Positions 29,030 through 38,177 of a stretch of DNA of 54,622 bases are shown one piece after another; position 1 is the stretch's first letter; each line of letters begins with the position of its first letter. The position numbers and the translations under genes were made by a program. The stretch comes from a virus (Duplodnaviria > Caudoviricetes). The notes beneath the pieces were generated by a model. It saw only the letters and a program-made list of their open reading frames with translations, made no database searches and had not been told where the DNA came from. The stretch is from positions 1 through 54,622 of the IMG/VR virus record IMGVR_UViG_3300017741_000005, one strand, 5' to 3'.

Positions 29030-29095
29030 GTCAGGCGTTCTCCTTTCCGCCGACTTGGTGAGGTGAGCGTCTCCTTTCCGCTCACCTCATTTTTT
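29028..29095 (+). ncRNA. Tandem hairpins with CUCCUUUC (anti-SD-like) loops; the second doubles as an intrinsic terminator
   Basis: aagtc(a)ggcg-TTCTCCTTTC-cgccgactt then tgaggtgagcg-TCTCCTTTC-cgctcacctca-tttttt. Confidence 0.6.
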
Positions 29096-29096
29096 A

Positions 29097-29125
29097 TTGA
29101 CATATCACGGCTGATGTGATATACT
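29097..29125 (+). promoter_or_regulatory. Sigma70 promoter for gp44
   Basis: TTGACA-N17-TATACT with TG. Confidence 0.8.
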
Positions 29126-29147
29126 TGTTTTTTATTATGGAGAGAGT

Positions 29148-30086
29148 ATGAGTAATGAATTTCTATGGGTCGAGAAGTATCGTCCCAAAACTATCGCAGA
29201 TACTATTCTGCCAAAAGAACTCAAGCAAACGTTTCAGAATATTGTTGACTCTGGTGAGATACCCAACATGTTATTCACTGGCACGGCTGGTCTTGGTAAG
29301 ACTACAGTTGCTCGTGCAATCTGTAATGAACTAGACCTTGACTACATTGTCATCAATGGTTCGGAAGAGGGTAACATCGACACCCTGCGTGGTAAGATTA
29401 AACAGTTTGCTTCTTCGGTATCTCTATCAGGTGGATACAAAGTTGTTATTCTTGACGAGGCAGACTATCTCAATCCTCAATCCACACAACCTGCATTGCG
29501 TGGTTTCATCGAAGAGTTCTCGCAGAACTGTCGATTCATTCTGACATGTAACTTCAAGAACAAGGTCATAGAACCTCTTCACAGTCGTTGTGGAGTGTAT
29601 GAGTTTAATACCACCAAGAAAGATATGATTGACCTCTGTGGGTCATTTATGACACGTCTGATGGACATTCTGAACAAAGAAAACGTCACTTATAATAAAG
29701 AAGTGATTGCAAATCTTATTACTAAACATGCTCCTGATTGGAGACGTATTCTGAATGAATCACAAAGAGGTTCAATCGGTGGAAGCATAAACACTGATGT
29801 TATCATTAGTGACAATAGTCAGTATTCTGACCTTTACAAACATCTCAAGGATAAAGACTTCAAGAAGATGCGTAAGTGGGTTGTAAACAATGTTGATGTT
29901 GAACCGGCTGCAATCTTTCGTGGTGTCTTTGATACAATGGAAGGTCATGTCAAACCTGAAAGTATTCCGCAGTTGATTCTCATCCTTGCGGATTATCAAT
30001 ACAAGAATGCATTCGTTGCTGACCATGAACTAAATATGGTTGCATGTCTAACAGAATGCATGGCAAACGTGGAGTATATAAAATGA
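29148..30086 (+). CDS. gp44: Clamp loader large subunit gp44
   Basis: LWVEKYRP, GTAGLGKT, VILDEAD, PLHSRC. Confidence 0.97.
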   Translation: MSNEFLWVEKYRPKTIADTILPKELKQTFQNIVDSGEIPNMLFTGTAGLGKTTVARAICNELDLDYIVINGSEEGNIDTLRGKIKQFASSVSLSGGYKVVILDEADYLNPQSTQPALRGFIEEFSQNCRFILTCNFKNKVIEPLHSRCGVYEFNTTKKDMIDLCGSFMTRLMDILNKENVTYNKEVIANLITKHAPDWRRILNESQRGSIGGSINTDVIISDNSQYSDLYKHLKDKDFKKMRKWVVNNVDVEPAAIFRGVFDTMEGHVKPESIPQLILILADYQYKNAFVADHELNMVACLTECMANVEYIK

Positions 30087-30157
30087 AAGAAAGTATGAAA
30101 CAAGGATTGATATTCGTCATAATCTTTTTAGTTATTGGACTGATTGCATTTAGATGA
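30083..30157 (+). CDS. Tiny membrane peptide (24 aa)
   Basis: GGAG SD and ATGA overlaps at both ends; MKESMKQGLIFVIIFLVIGLIAFR*. Confidence 0.5.
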   Translation: MKESMKQGLIFVIIFLVIGLIAFR

Positions 30158-30357
30158 TTGAATATCGCACATGGGAAAAAGTAGTAGCACGAGCATTAGA
30201 CTACTATATTGGTCGGACAGATGAGGATGAACCGAAAGTTCCTATCCTTACAATGAAACAAGCACGAAAGGGACTATACCTTCGTATGTTATTACAGTTC
30301 GTCAATTGGATTACCTGTTTCTTTATTATTGCAGGTGTGATTAAACATTGGGGTTGA
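30154..30357 (+). CDS. Small membrane-associated hypothetical protein
   Basis: ATGA coupling; C-terminal hydrophobic segment. Confidence 0.65.
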   Translation: MIEYRTWEKVVARALDYYIGRTDEDEPKVPILTMKQARKGLYLRMLLQFVNWITCFFIIAGVIKHWG

Positions 30358-30362
30358 CAAAT

Positions 30363-30791
30363 ATGGATGATTATGATATAAAGCCAAATGGACGAGTAAA
30401 TCGTGGACTTCACTGGACAACTAAAGTATCAGAGAAGTTCTTACTCGCAATTATCGGTGGTCTCACTATGATTGCGGCTGGCGAACAAATATGGATGATG
30501 TATGAGAAGTGGACAGTTCAACTTGGAGATTTATTTCTTCTATTCATTTATGCAGAGGTTGTAGGTATGGTCGGAGCATTCTATGCAAGTCATCGTATTC
30601 CTGTAACCATTCCAATCATCATTGCGATTACTGCACTCTGTCGTCTGGTTGTCCTGCATAGTAAGGACATGGCCGCAATGCAGTTGTTGGCAGAGACAGG
30701 TGCTATTGCAGTTCTTGCCGCAGCTGCATATCTGATGTCTCTCAAGGATAAACTATCATTAGAAAAAGAAAGACTTCGAGATGATAAATAA
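30363..30791 (+). CDS. psiE: Phosphate-starvation-inducible PsiE-family membrane protein
   Basis: Four hydrophobic helices; DLFLLFIYAEVVGMV..FY.SHRIPVTIPIIIAITAL.R motif. Confidence 0.8.
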   Translation: MDDYDIKPNGRVNRGLHWTTKVSEKFLLAIIGGLTMIAAGEQIWMMYEKWTVQLGDLFLLFIYAEVVGMVGAFYASHRIPVTIPIIIAITALCRLVVLHSKDMAAMQLLAETGAIAVLAAAAYLMSLKDKLSLEKERLRDDK

Positions 30792-31203
30792 GTGGGACTA
30801 TGCACACATGCAGGCCGCAGAGGTGTATGCAGAATTATCAACCGCAACACGACTTAAAGTCGGAGCAGTCATTGTAAAAGACAATCGTATCATATCGATT
30901 GGATACAATGGTATGCCTTCGAGTTGGACAAATGTGTGTGAGTATCAAGACTCCTTTGATGGTAAGTGGATTACCAAACCAGAAGTTCTACATGCAGAGA
31001 CAAATGCAATCGCAAAGGTTGCACGTTCAAATGAAAGTGCAGAGGGTGCTACATTATACACTACAGTCTCACCTTGCCTTGATTGTGCAAAACTGATATA
31101 TCAATCTGGTATCACACGTTTGGTCTGGAGAAACCAATACAAAACTGATGCAGGAAATGTTTTTCTCGTAACCGCTGGTATTGAGGTAGATTACTTACCA
31201 TGA
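30781..31203 (+). CDS. cd: dCMP deaminase
   Basis: KVGAVIVKDNRIISIGYNG, HAE, SPCLDC zinc motifs. Confidence 0.93.
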   Translation: MINKWDYAHMQAAEVYAELSTATRLKVGAVIVKDNRIISIGYNGMPSSWTNVCEYQDSFDGKWITKPEVLHAETNAIAKVARSNESAEGATLYTTVSPCLDCAKLIYQSGITRLVWRNQYKTDAGNVFLVTAGIEVDYLP

Positions 31204-31568
31204 ACCCATTTGATTATGTGACCTCTATCAACTATTCTAAGAAAGATGTGATGGAAGATGAAAAGACCTACAACTCTTTTATGGTCAATCGCAGTCTTTC
31301 TTACTTCTCTGATACAGTTGTTCTCGCAAATGAGATGAATCGATATCATCACCTAGACAATCGTCTACAATACCAATTTCTTATAAATATTGTTAGGAAA
31401 CGCAAAAGGTTTTCTAAATGGTTAAAACCAGAAATACAGAATGACGTTGATGTGGTGAAAGAATACTATGGTTACAGTAATGAAAAGGCTTCCCAAGTCC
31501 TTCCTCTTTTATCACCCCAACAAATAGAAATAATAAGAAATAAGGTGAATAAAGGTGGAAGAAAATAA
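31200..31568 (+). CDS. gp62: Clamp loader small subunit gp62
   Basis: MNPFDYV.SIN..K, FMVNRSLSYF.DT...ANEMN, RKRFSKW, YYGYSNEKA. Confidence 0.93.
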   Translation: MNPFDYVTSINYSKKDVMEDEKTYNSFMVNRSLSYFSDTVVLANEMNRYHHLDNRLQYQFLINIVRKRKRFSKWLKPEIQNDVDVVKEYYGYSNEKASQVLPLLSPQQIEIIRNKVNKGGRK

Positions 31569-31965
31569 TTTAGTATCATGGAGTCCTGCAAGTATGTTAG
31601 AGATTACTCTAGCAGAACCAGATGACTTTCTCAAAGTCCGTGAGACTCTGACACGAATCGGTGTCGCATCACGAAAAGATAAAAAACTCTATCAGTCATG
31701 TCATATTCTTCATAAACAGGGACGATACTTTATCGTTCACTTCAAGGAACTATTTTTGCTTGACGAGAAGAAATCAAATCTAGAAGTTTCTGATATAGAG
31801 AGACGTAATACAATTGCAACTCTTTTGTCTGATTGGGGTCTCGTTGAGATTCAAAACAAAGATGTGATTGAGGGTTGCGCCCCTTTACGGACAATAAAGA
31901 TTATTGGTTACAAAGAAAAAGACCAGTGGGAACTATGTCCGAAATACAATATCGGGAACAAATAA
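31555..31965 (+). CDS. regA: Translational repressor RegA
   Basis: PDDFLKVRETLTRIGVAS...LYQSCHILHKQGRYFIVHFKELF. TATAAATA at 31382 lies upstream, inside gp62. Confidence 0.97.
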   Translation: MEENNLVSWSPASMLEITLAEPDDFLKVRETLTRIGVASRKDKKLYQSCHILHKQGRYFIVHFKELFLLDEKKSNLEVSDIERRNTIATLLSDWGLVEIQNKDVIEGCAPLRTIKIIGYKEKDQWELCPKYNIGNK

Positions 31966-32504
31966 AGAAAACTTTTATATCTCATCTTTCAGATATTCGA
32001 AACAAACATAGTTGGAAAACTCATTTTGATATCAAGTTTTCTTGGGATGATATAATTCGTTTATTAGATACTCATCCAGAAAAACTTTTAAAATGGAAAG
32101 AGGATAAACAGAAAGTTGAGATAGAGAGGTTTCATCTACGACCATCTGCACCTCCGATTGCACATGATGTGGTTTCGGTGTTGAATGATATCTTTGTTCC
32201 CAAAGCACCTCTACCTGAATTGTATCGACCACACATTAGTAATATAGTGTTCGTTGGCTTTGGTGTTGGTTCAGGTTCATATCCCAATCATAAGGATAGT
32301 ATGGATGTCTTTCTTATTCAAATGCTTGGAAGTGTTAATATCACAATAGACGAAAAAGACTTCTTTCATATGAAGCAAGGTGATGCGGTGTGGATACCAA
32401 GAGGGACATATCATCAAATTCATACAATGGGTTCAAGGGTAACATTCTCGTTTGGTGTTGAGACAGGTCGCAGTCCTGAGTGTGACCCTGCTACCTACGT
32501 CTAG
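31935..32504 (+). CDS. JmjC/cupin-type Fe(II)/2OG oxygenase
   Basis: HKD..DVFLIQMLG and GDAVWIPRGTYH (HxD...H triad), RVTFSFG. Confidence 0.75.
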   Translation: MSEIQYREQIKKTFISHLSDIRNKHSWKTHFDIKFSWDDIIRLLDTHPEKLLKWKEDKQKVEIERFHLRPSAPPIAHDVVSVLNDIFVPKAPLPELYRPHISNIVFVGFGVGSGSYPNHKDSMDVFLIQMLGSVNITIDEKDFFHMKQGDAVWIPRGTYHQIHTMGSRVTFSFGVETGRSPECDPATYV

Positions 32505-32643
32505 ATTGTTTCTTTTCTAACTTCTTTCGCTTTGCGATAGTTTGAGGCATCGGGCCTGAGTTGAGTTCCTCAGTATGATTACGAGCGTTCTCTATCATCG
32601 CTGCTAATTTGATTGCTGTTTCGGGTGTTTGAACTTTTTTCAT
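32491..32643 (-). CDS. Small basic hypothetical protein (50 aa), not in ORF track
   Basis: MKKVQTPETAIKLAAMIENARNH...KKQSRRR* fills an otherwise empty gap; weak SD. Confidence 0.4.
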   Translation of the reverse strand: MKKVQTPETAIKLAAMIENARNHTEELNSGPMPQTIAKRKKLEKKQSRRR

Positions 32644-32651
32644 GGTTTGCT

Positions 32652-32680
32652 CTTGTAATTAGAATACATACTTCTTATAT
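32652..32680 (+). promoter_or_regulatory. Alphaproteobacterial RpoH-type promoter for hsp20
   Basis: CTTG-N18-CTTATAT matches the CTTG-N17/18-CYTATNT pattern. Confidence 0.55.
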
Positions 32681-32688
32681 ATACTTAT

Positions 32689-32747
32689 GAGGATGCCGAT
32701 ATCGGGTTCTCGATTTGTCTTGCTAATTTATAGGAGATAACGACATG
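32689..32747 (+). promoter_or_regulatory. ROSE-like RNA thermometer in the hsp20 5' UTR
   Basis: 5' hairpin gaggatgccga..tcgggttctc, then UCUUGCU (32718-24) pairing with the AGGAGA SD (32732-37) with a bulged G. Confidence 0.7.
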
Positions 32748-33161
32748 ACAAAATACGAAGTAGGAAAAACGCATTTTCCAAAATCAGCGTTCATTGGTTT
32801 CGACCATTTGTTCAACGAACTTGAGTATGCAACAAAACACGCTCACGACCATTATCCACCTCACAACATTATCAAAGAGAGTGATGATGAGTTTACGATT
32901 GAAGTTGCGGTTGCAGGATTTACCCAAGACCATTTGAATATTGAACAGAAAGAACGTTCTCTCACCATTACAGGTGAGTATGAAAGTAAAGGCCGAGAAG
33001 TTATTCATCGTGGTATATCCACACGAAATTTCAAACGTCAATTCCGTTTGTCTGAGTATGTCGAAGTAACTGGAGCGTCTCTGAAGGATGGTATTCTCGC
33101 AGTAAATCTGAAGTTAGAAATCCCAAAAGAGAAGCAGCCTCGTAATATAACAATCAGTTAA
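32745..33161 (+). CDS. hsp20: Small heat shock protein Hsp20 (IbpA-like)
   Basis: FIGFD.LF, YPPHNI, IEVAVAGF, HRGISTRNFKRQF.L, A.LKDGIL, IP.EK.PR.I.I. Confidence 0.95.
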   Translation: MTKYEVGKTHFPKSAFIGFDHLFNELEYATKHAHDHYPPHNIIKESDDEFTIEVAVAGFTQDHLNIEQKERSLTITGEYESKGREVIHRGISTRNFKRQFRLSEYVEVTGASLKDGILAVNLKLEIPKEKQPRNITIS

Positions 33162-33177
33162 TCACGAGGAAAAAGAA

Positions 33178-33261
33178 ATGACCCAAAACTGGCTCGAACG
33201 TGGAGTGTTCGCCATTATCGCACTATGTATTGTTGCGATTGCGGCACAACCACTCATCTAA
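33178..33261 (+). CDS. Tiny membrane peptide (27 aa)
   Basis: GAGGA SD; MTQNWLERGVFAIIALCIVAIAAQPLI*. Confidence 0.55.
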   Translation: MTQNWLERGVFAIIALCIVAIAAQPLI

Positions 33262-33269
33262 CAAGAATG

Positions 33270-33319
33270 GTCAAGGGGGCAAAAGTCCCCTTGACTTTTG
33301 TTTATGAGTAGTGTATAAT
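33270..33319 (+). terminator. Terminator hairpin overlapping the sigma70 promoter of gp43
   Basis: gtcaagggg...ccccttgac-tttt; the right arm supplies TTGACT(33291)-N17-TATAAT(33314). Confidence 0.8.
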
Positions 33320-33343
33320 GGTTTTATATTATGAGGATTTTAT

Positions 33344-35806
33344 ATGAAATTTTATACATCCATTGAAAGATATGGTAACACGATTCTATATCGTGGTTAT
33401 GATGGTGCGGAACGCATCAAGAAAAGAGTTCCGTTCAAACCTACACTTTTTGTAGACGGACAGAGTGAATGGAAAACACTTGAAGGTAAATCTGTTGCAC
33501 CTGTCGCAATGGACTCGATGCGTGACGCAACAGAGTTCATCAAGAAGTATGAGAAAGTTCCTAACTTCAATGTCTATGGTATGAACAACTTTGTGATGCA
33601 GTTCATCGCAGAGGTATTTCCATCTGACATCAAGTTTGACTCCAATCAAATATCAATCACCACAATCGATATCGAGGTTGCGTCTGATGAGGGCTTTCCC
33701 GAACCCGAAACCGCAAACTATCCTATCATCTCAATCTGCACAAAATCAAACAAAGAGGATTTCTTTCGAGTATGGGGTCTTGGTGAATACACACCCAAAG
33801 ATGAAAAGACAATCTTTATAAAGTGTGATAGTGAACTCGATTTGATTATGTCGTTTCTTGCTTACTGGTCAGACTATGGACTTCCTGATATTGTCACTGG
33901 TTGGAACTCCAAACAGTTTGACATTCCCTATATGGTCAATCGCACACGCAAGGTAGTCGGTGAAGAGTCGGTCAAGAAGTTCTCTCCGTGGGGTGTGGTG
34001 TCACCTCGTAAGGTTCGTGCCAACAAGTTTGGTATGAATGAGGTTGATACCTATGACATCATGGGTGTCGCACAACTTGACTATTATGACCTGTTTCGTA
34101 AGTTTACCTACAACACGCTCGGTCAACAAGAGTCCTATCGACTTGACCACATTGCGAATGTTGTATTGGGTGAGCGCAAACTATCCTATGAAGAACATGG
34201 CAATCTGCATACACTCTATAAAGAGGACTACCAGAAGTTTATTGACTATAACATCAAGGACGTTGAACTGGTTGACAAACTCGAAGAGAAACTTGGTCTC
34301 ATCAGCCTTGCACTTACTCTTGCGTATCGAGGTGGAGTGAACTATGAAGATGTCATGGGAACTACTGCTATCTGGGACTCAATCATCTATCGTATTCTCA
34401 ATCAACAGAAGGTTGTTGTTCCTCCAAAGGTTGAAAAGGTAAAGGGTGATTACGAAGGTGGATATGTAAAAGACCCGATGGTTGGTTCGCATGATTGGGT
34501 CACATCTTTTGACCTGAACTCTCTGTATCCCAATATCATTGTTCAATACAATATGTCACCTGAGACCGTCATTGATGGATTGATTGATACAGATGTGGAA
34601 CGCATGTTGCGTAAACAAACTGAGATAACAGGTAAGTATGCGACTGCTCCAAGTGGTGTTCGTTTCTCGGTTGACCGTGAGGGTGTCATTCCAAGTGTCA
34701 TTCGTCAGTATTATAGTGAACGCCGTGTCATCAAAAAAGAGATGTTGGACTCACAACAAGAGTATGAACAGACACCAACCAAGTCTTTATCAAACAAGAT
34801 TTCCCAACTAGACAATCAACAGATGGCTATCAAAATCCTCATGAATAGTCTGTATGGTGCTTTGGGTAATAGATGGTTTCGTTACTTTGACCAAAGAGTT
34901 GCGGAGTCCATCACACTAGCGGGTCAGTTGTCAATCAAATGGGCAGAACGTGAAGTCAACAAGGAGATGAATAAACTCCTTGAGACTGATAAAGATTATG
35001 TGATTGCCATTGACACTGACTCGCTCTATATTAATATGTCTGAGTTGGTCAAGAAGTTTGACCCCAAAGACCCTGTGAAGTTTCTGGATAAGATTTCGTC
35101 TGACCACTTCGAGAAAGTTCTGGAGAAGTCGTATGAAGAACTTGCAGACTACACCAACGCATACGTCAATCGTATGGAGATGGGTCGTGAGGTGATTGCT
35201 GACCGTGGTATCTGGGTTGCTAAGAAACGATACATTCTCAATGTTCATAACTCTGAGGGTGTGCAGTATGCAGAACCTAAACTCAAGATGATGGGTATCG
35301 AGGCCATCAAGTCATCCACTCCTCAAGTCGTGCGTCAGAAGATGAAAGAATTATTTAATGTTATCATTGAGGGTGATGAGTCAAATACTCAACAGTTTAT
35401 CAATCGTTTTCGAAATGAGTTTCAATCACTTCCTGCCGAAGATATCTCATTCCCTCGTGGGGTGAGTCAGGTAAACAAATGGAAAGACCGTGACTCTATC
35501 TATAAGAAGGGAACACCCATTCATGTTCGGGGTGCGTTACTATATAATCACTACACCAAAGACCTAAGATACGAGTCAATCAAGAATGGTGAGAAGATAA
35601 AGTTCGTGTATCTCAAACAACCCAATCCTATCAAGGAGAATGTCATCACCTATCCTGTCAATCTGCCTCGTGAGTTGGGACTTGAGAAGTATGTGGATTA
35701 TGGTCTGATGTTTGAGAAGACTTTTCTTGACCCACTCGAACCAATCCTCGATGCGGTTGGTTGGTCGGCTGAACCCAAAGCACAGTTGGATATGTTCTTT
35801 GCTTGA
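33344..35806 (+). CDS. gp43: Family B DNA polymerase gp43
   Basis: Exo motifs DIEV, TGWN..FDIPY, YNIKDV; Pol motifs [28 protein letters not shown]. Confidence 0.98.
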   Translation: MKFYTSIERYGNTILYRGYDGAERIKKRVPFKPTLFVDGQSEWKTLEGKSVAPVAMDSMRDATEFIKKYEKVPNFNVYGMNNFVMQFIAEVFPSDIKFDSNQISITTIDIEVASDEGFPEPETANYPIISICTKSNKEDFFRVWGLGEYTPKDEKTIFIKCDSELDLIMSFLAYWSDYGLPDIVTGWNSKQFDIPYMVNRTRKVVGEESVKKFSPWGVVSPRKVRANKFGMNEVDTYDIMGVAQLDYYDLFRKFTYNTLGQQESYRLDHIANVVLGERKLSYEEHGNLHTLYKEDYQKFIDYNIKDVELVDKLEEKLGLISLALTLAYRGGVNYEDVMGTTAIWDSIIYRILNQQKVVVPPKVEKVKGDYEGGYVKDPMVGSHDWVTSFDLNSLYPNIIVQYNMSPETVIDGLIDTDVERMLRKQTEITGKYATAPSGVRFSVDREGVIPSVIRQYYSERRVIKKEMLDSQQEYEQTPTKSLSNKISQLDNQQMAIKILMNSLYGALGNRWFRYFDQRVAESITLAGQLSIKWAEREVNKEMNKLLETDKDYVIAIDTDSLYINMSELVKKFDPKDPVKFLDKISSDHFEKVLEKSYEELADYTNAYVNRMEMGREVIADRGIWVAKKRYILNVHNSEGVQYAEPKLKMMGIEAIKSSTPQVVRQKMKELFNVIIEGDESNTQQFINRFRNEFQSLPAEDISFPRGVSQVNKWKDRDSIYKKGTPIHVRGALLYNHYTKDLRYESIKNGEKIKFVYLKQPNPIKENVITYPVNLPRELGLEKYVDYGLMFEKTFLDPLEPILDAVGWSAEPKAQLDMFFA

Positions 35807-36266
35807 CCTAAACATACACGAAGATTTCATTGATGATTTTGAAACAATTGCCTTGGATGCAAGAAATGCCGAATACTTTACACCCCAAGAATCCAATGAA
35901 ATATTAGGCGTCATTGAAAGCTGGTCAGGTCTTCGCACTCTCAATATCAAAACAATATATCCTGACCTAACAACCAAGATTGAAAAGACGACAGGTAAGA
36001 TAGTTGACCGTATGCACTTTTATCAATGTGAGGGTAATAATATAAAAGGTTTTCAAGAACATGTCAGTAGCATCGCAAAAAGAACTCACAGAGATAAGTG
36101 TCAATGGGCTGGGGTCATCTATTTGTGGGGTGAAGCAGGAACTTATTATAATGGTGAAAAGATTGACTTCAAAGAAAATCGTTTCATTTGGTATGATGCA
36201 CAAGAACCTCATGCGCCGATGGCATCTATTGAAGACCGTTGTGTCATCGTAGTTTTTATGTCTTGA
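35799..36266 (+). CDS. Putative 2OG-Fe(II) oxygenase-like protein (start approximate)
   Basis: HRD...WAGVIYL...GT...[12 protein letters not shown]...R.VIV.F double-stranded beta-helix pattern. Confidence 0.6.
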   Translation: MLDLNIHEDFIDDFETIALDARNAEYFTPQESNEILGVIESWSGLRTLNIKTIYPDLTTKIEKTTGKIVDRMHFYQCEGNNIKGFQEHVSSIAKRTHRDKCQWAGVIYLWGEAGTYYNGEKIDFKENRFIWYDAQEPHAPMASIEDRCVIVVFMS

Positions 36267-36291
36267 CAATTCTCATTGGGTATGATATAGT
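36263..36291 (+). promoter_or_regulatory. Sigma70 promoter for the primase-like gene
   Basis: TTGACA-N17-TATAGT with TG; the ATG at 36298 sits at the predicted +1. Confidence 0.75.
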
Positions 36292-36297
36292 ATGATA

Positions 36298-37233
36298 ATG
36301 AATTACTCTCTTACTTTGTTTCAAAATACATTTGATAACAAGACTCATCGTGTTATGGAATTTGACACATGGGAAAAGTTTGAGAGTTTACTTTATGCAC
36401 TTAGTGAAAAGAAAGGACAAAAAGGTGGTAGAGATTCTTCTCCTCTTATCAGCCCTGCTTGTTATCGTGTGGATACTACCCGCTCTAATAAATCTGTTGA
36501 AGTATGGGGTGGCTGGGCTTGCCTTGATGTGGATGATTTTGTTTGTTCTAGCGAACATCTAGAACAGACATTATATGAAAAGTTCGGTGAGTATTATTAC
36601 ATATGTTACTCAACCGCCTCATCAACAATCGAACAACCAAAGTTTCGTCTGGTGTTTCCTCTGACCAAAGAGGTTGTCTCCAAAGACTTACCACACTTCT
36701 GGTTCGCAATGAACAAGGAGTTTGATGAGTTGGGAGACGAACAGACCAAAGACTTGTCTCGTATGTATTATGTCCCTGCACAATATCCCAATGCATACAA
36801 CTTTATCTTCACCAACGAGGGTGTGAAGATTGACCCTGACATGTTAAGAAACAAACACTCCTATGTAGAATCAACAGGTAATACGTTTCTTGACCGACTA
36901 CCTCCTGCTATGCAAGAGGCTGTAATACAGCATCGTAAGAACTCCCTAGATAATACTGATTACTCTTGGACATCATATCGGGATTGCCCATTCTTTCCAA
37001 AACGATTGGTTCAAGAGTATCGTTCTATTACTGGAACTGGATGGTATCACAAGATGTATCAGATTATGGTTGCGGTTGCAGGTAACGCAGTATCCAAAGG
37101 ATATCCGATATCTGCAAATCAGATTGCAATACTTTGTTCTGAGTTGGACAGAGAGACTGGTAACTGGTATGAAAACAGACCCCTAGATAAAGAAGCAGAT
37201 AGAGCATTAGAATATATCTATAGGAACGGATAA
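36298..37233 (+). CDS. Archaeo-eukaryotic primase (Prim-Pol)-like protein
   Basis: hhhDhD motif (CLDVDD), YSTASS...PKFRLVFPL, D...KD.SRMYYVP; helical C-terminal domain. Confidence 0.65.
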   Translation: MNYSLTLFQNTFDNKTHRVMEFDTWEKFESLLYALSEKKGQKGGRDSSPLISPACYRVDTTRSNKSVEVWGGWACLDVDDFVCSSEHLEQTLYEKFGEYYYICYSTASSTIEQPKFRLVFPLTKEVVSKDLPHFWFAMNKEFDELGDEQTKDLSRMYYVPAQYPNAYNFIFTNEGVKIDPDMLRNKHSYVESTGNTFLDRLPPAMQEAVIQHRKNSLDNTDYSWTSYRDCPFFPKRLVQEYRSITGTGWYHKMYQIMVAVAGNAVSKGYPISANQIAILCSELDRETGNWYENRPLDKEADRALEYIYRNG

Positions 37234-38177
37234 TGAGAATACTAGTAACAGGGGGAGCAGGTTTCATTGGTAGTCACCTGATGGACTCACTCATTGAGGA
37301 TGGTTTTAAAGATGTCATGGGAATTGACAGTTTTGCTAATCATTACTATGACCCCAAGCTAAAGTATGCAAGACGAGATTATTTCGGTAATCAGGTTTAT
37401 GAATGTGACCTCAAAAACTTTGATGCACTTGACGAAGCATTCAATGTTTTAAAACCAAACATCGTGATTCATTTAGCAGGTCGTGCGAATGTTCGTGCTT
37501 CTTTTGGAAACGAGAGACTGTATCATCAAGATAATATCGATGGAACTCAAAATCTAATTGAGGTCTGTCAGATGTATGATGTTGGTAAAGTTCTCTATGC
37601 ATCAACTAGTTCTATCTATGGTGGAACACCTATTCCTGAGACTGGTTGGACTGAGGACAAAGTTACAGGTCATCAACTCAATGCATATGCATATACAAAA
37701 CATGTGAATGAGTGTCAGTTCAAGGTTTCGGGTCTGAACAATGTAGGTCTTCGATTCTTTACTGTGTATGGCCCTTGGGGTCGTCCTGATATGGCATTGT
37801 TTGATTTCACAAAAAGTATTATTGCAGACAAACCAATACAGGCTTTCAATTATGGACAGATGAAACGAGACTTTACATATATTGGTGATATTATCGAGGG
37901 TATTAAGATTGCACTCTTCGAAGATATCAAGTCTAATGAGATATTTAATATTGGTCGGGGTAAACAGGTTGAATTGATGGACTTCATTGACCATATCGGA
38001 AAAGAACTTGGCCGAGAACCAGATATTGTTCTTGCACCCAAACATCCTGCCGATACAATTGAAACTTGGAGTAATACATATAAGTTAAGAGGATTAGGAT
38101 ATAAACCTAAAACAGACATCGAACAGGGTGTCGCTGCATTTATGAAATGGTATAAAGATTATTATAAGGTGAATTGA
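37233..38177 (+). CDS. NAD-dependent nucleotide-sugar epimerase (UDP-glucuronate 4-epimerase-like)
   Basis: TGGAGFIG, STSS, YAYTK (YxxxK), LRFFTVYGPWGRPDMA, RDFTYI.DI. Confidence 0.9.
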   Translation: MRILVTGGAGFIGSHLMDSLIEDGFKDVMGIDSFANHYYDPKLKYARRDYFGNQVYECDLKNFDALDEAFNVLKPNIVIHLAGRANVRASFGNERLYHQDNIDGTQNLIEVCQMYDVGKVLYASTSSIYGGTPIPETGWTEDKVTGHQLNAYAYTKHVNECQFKVSGLNNVGLRFFTVYGPWGRPDMALFDFTKSIIADKPIQAFNYGQMKRDFTYIGDIIEGIKIALFEDIKSNEIFNIGRGKQVELMDFIDHIGKELGREPDIVLAPKHPADTIETWSNTYKLRGLGYKPKTDIEQGVAAFMKWYKDYYKVN

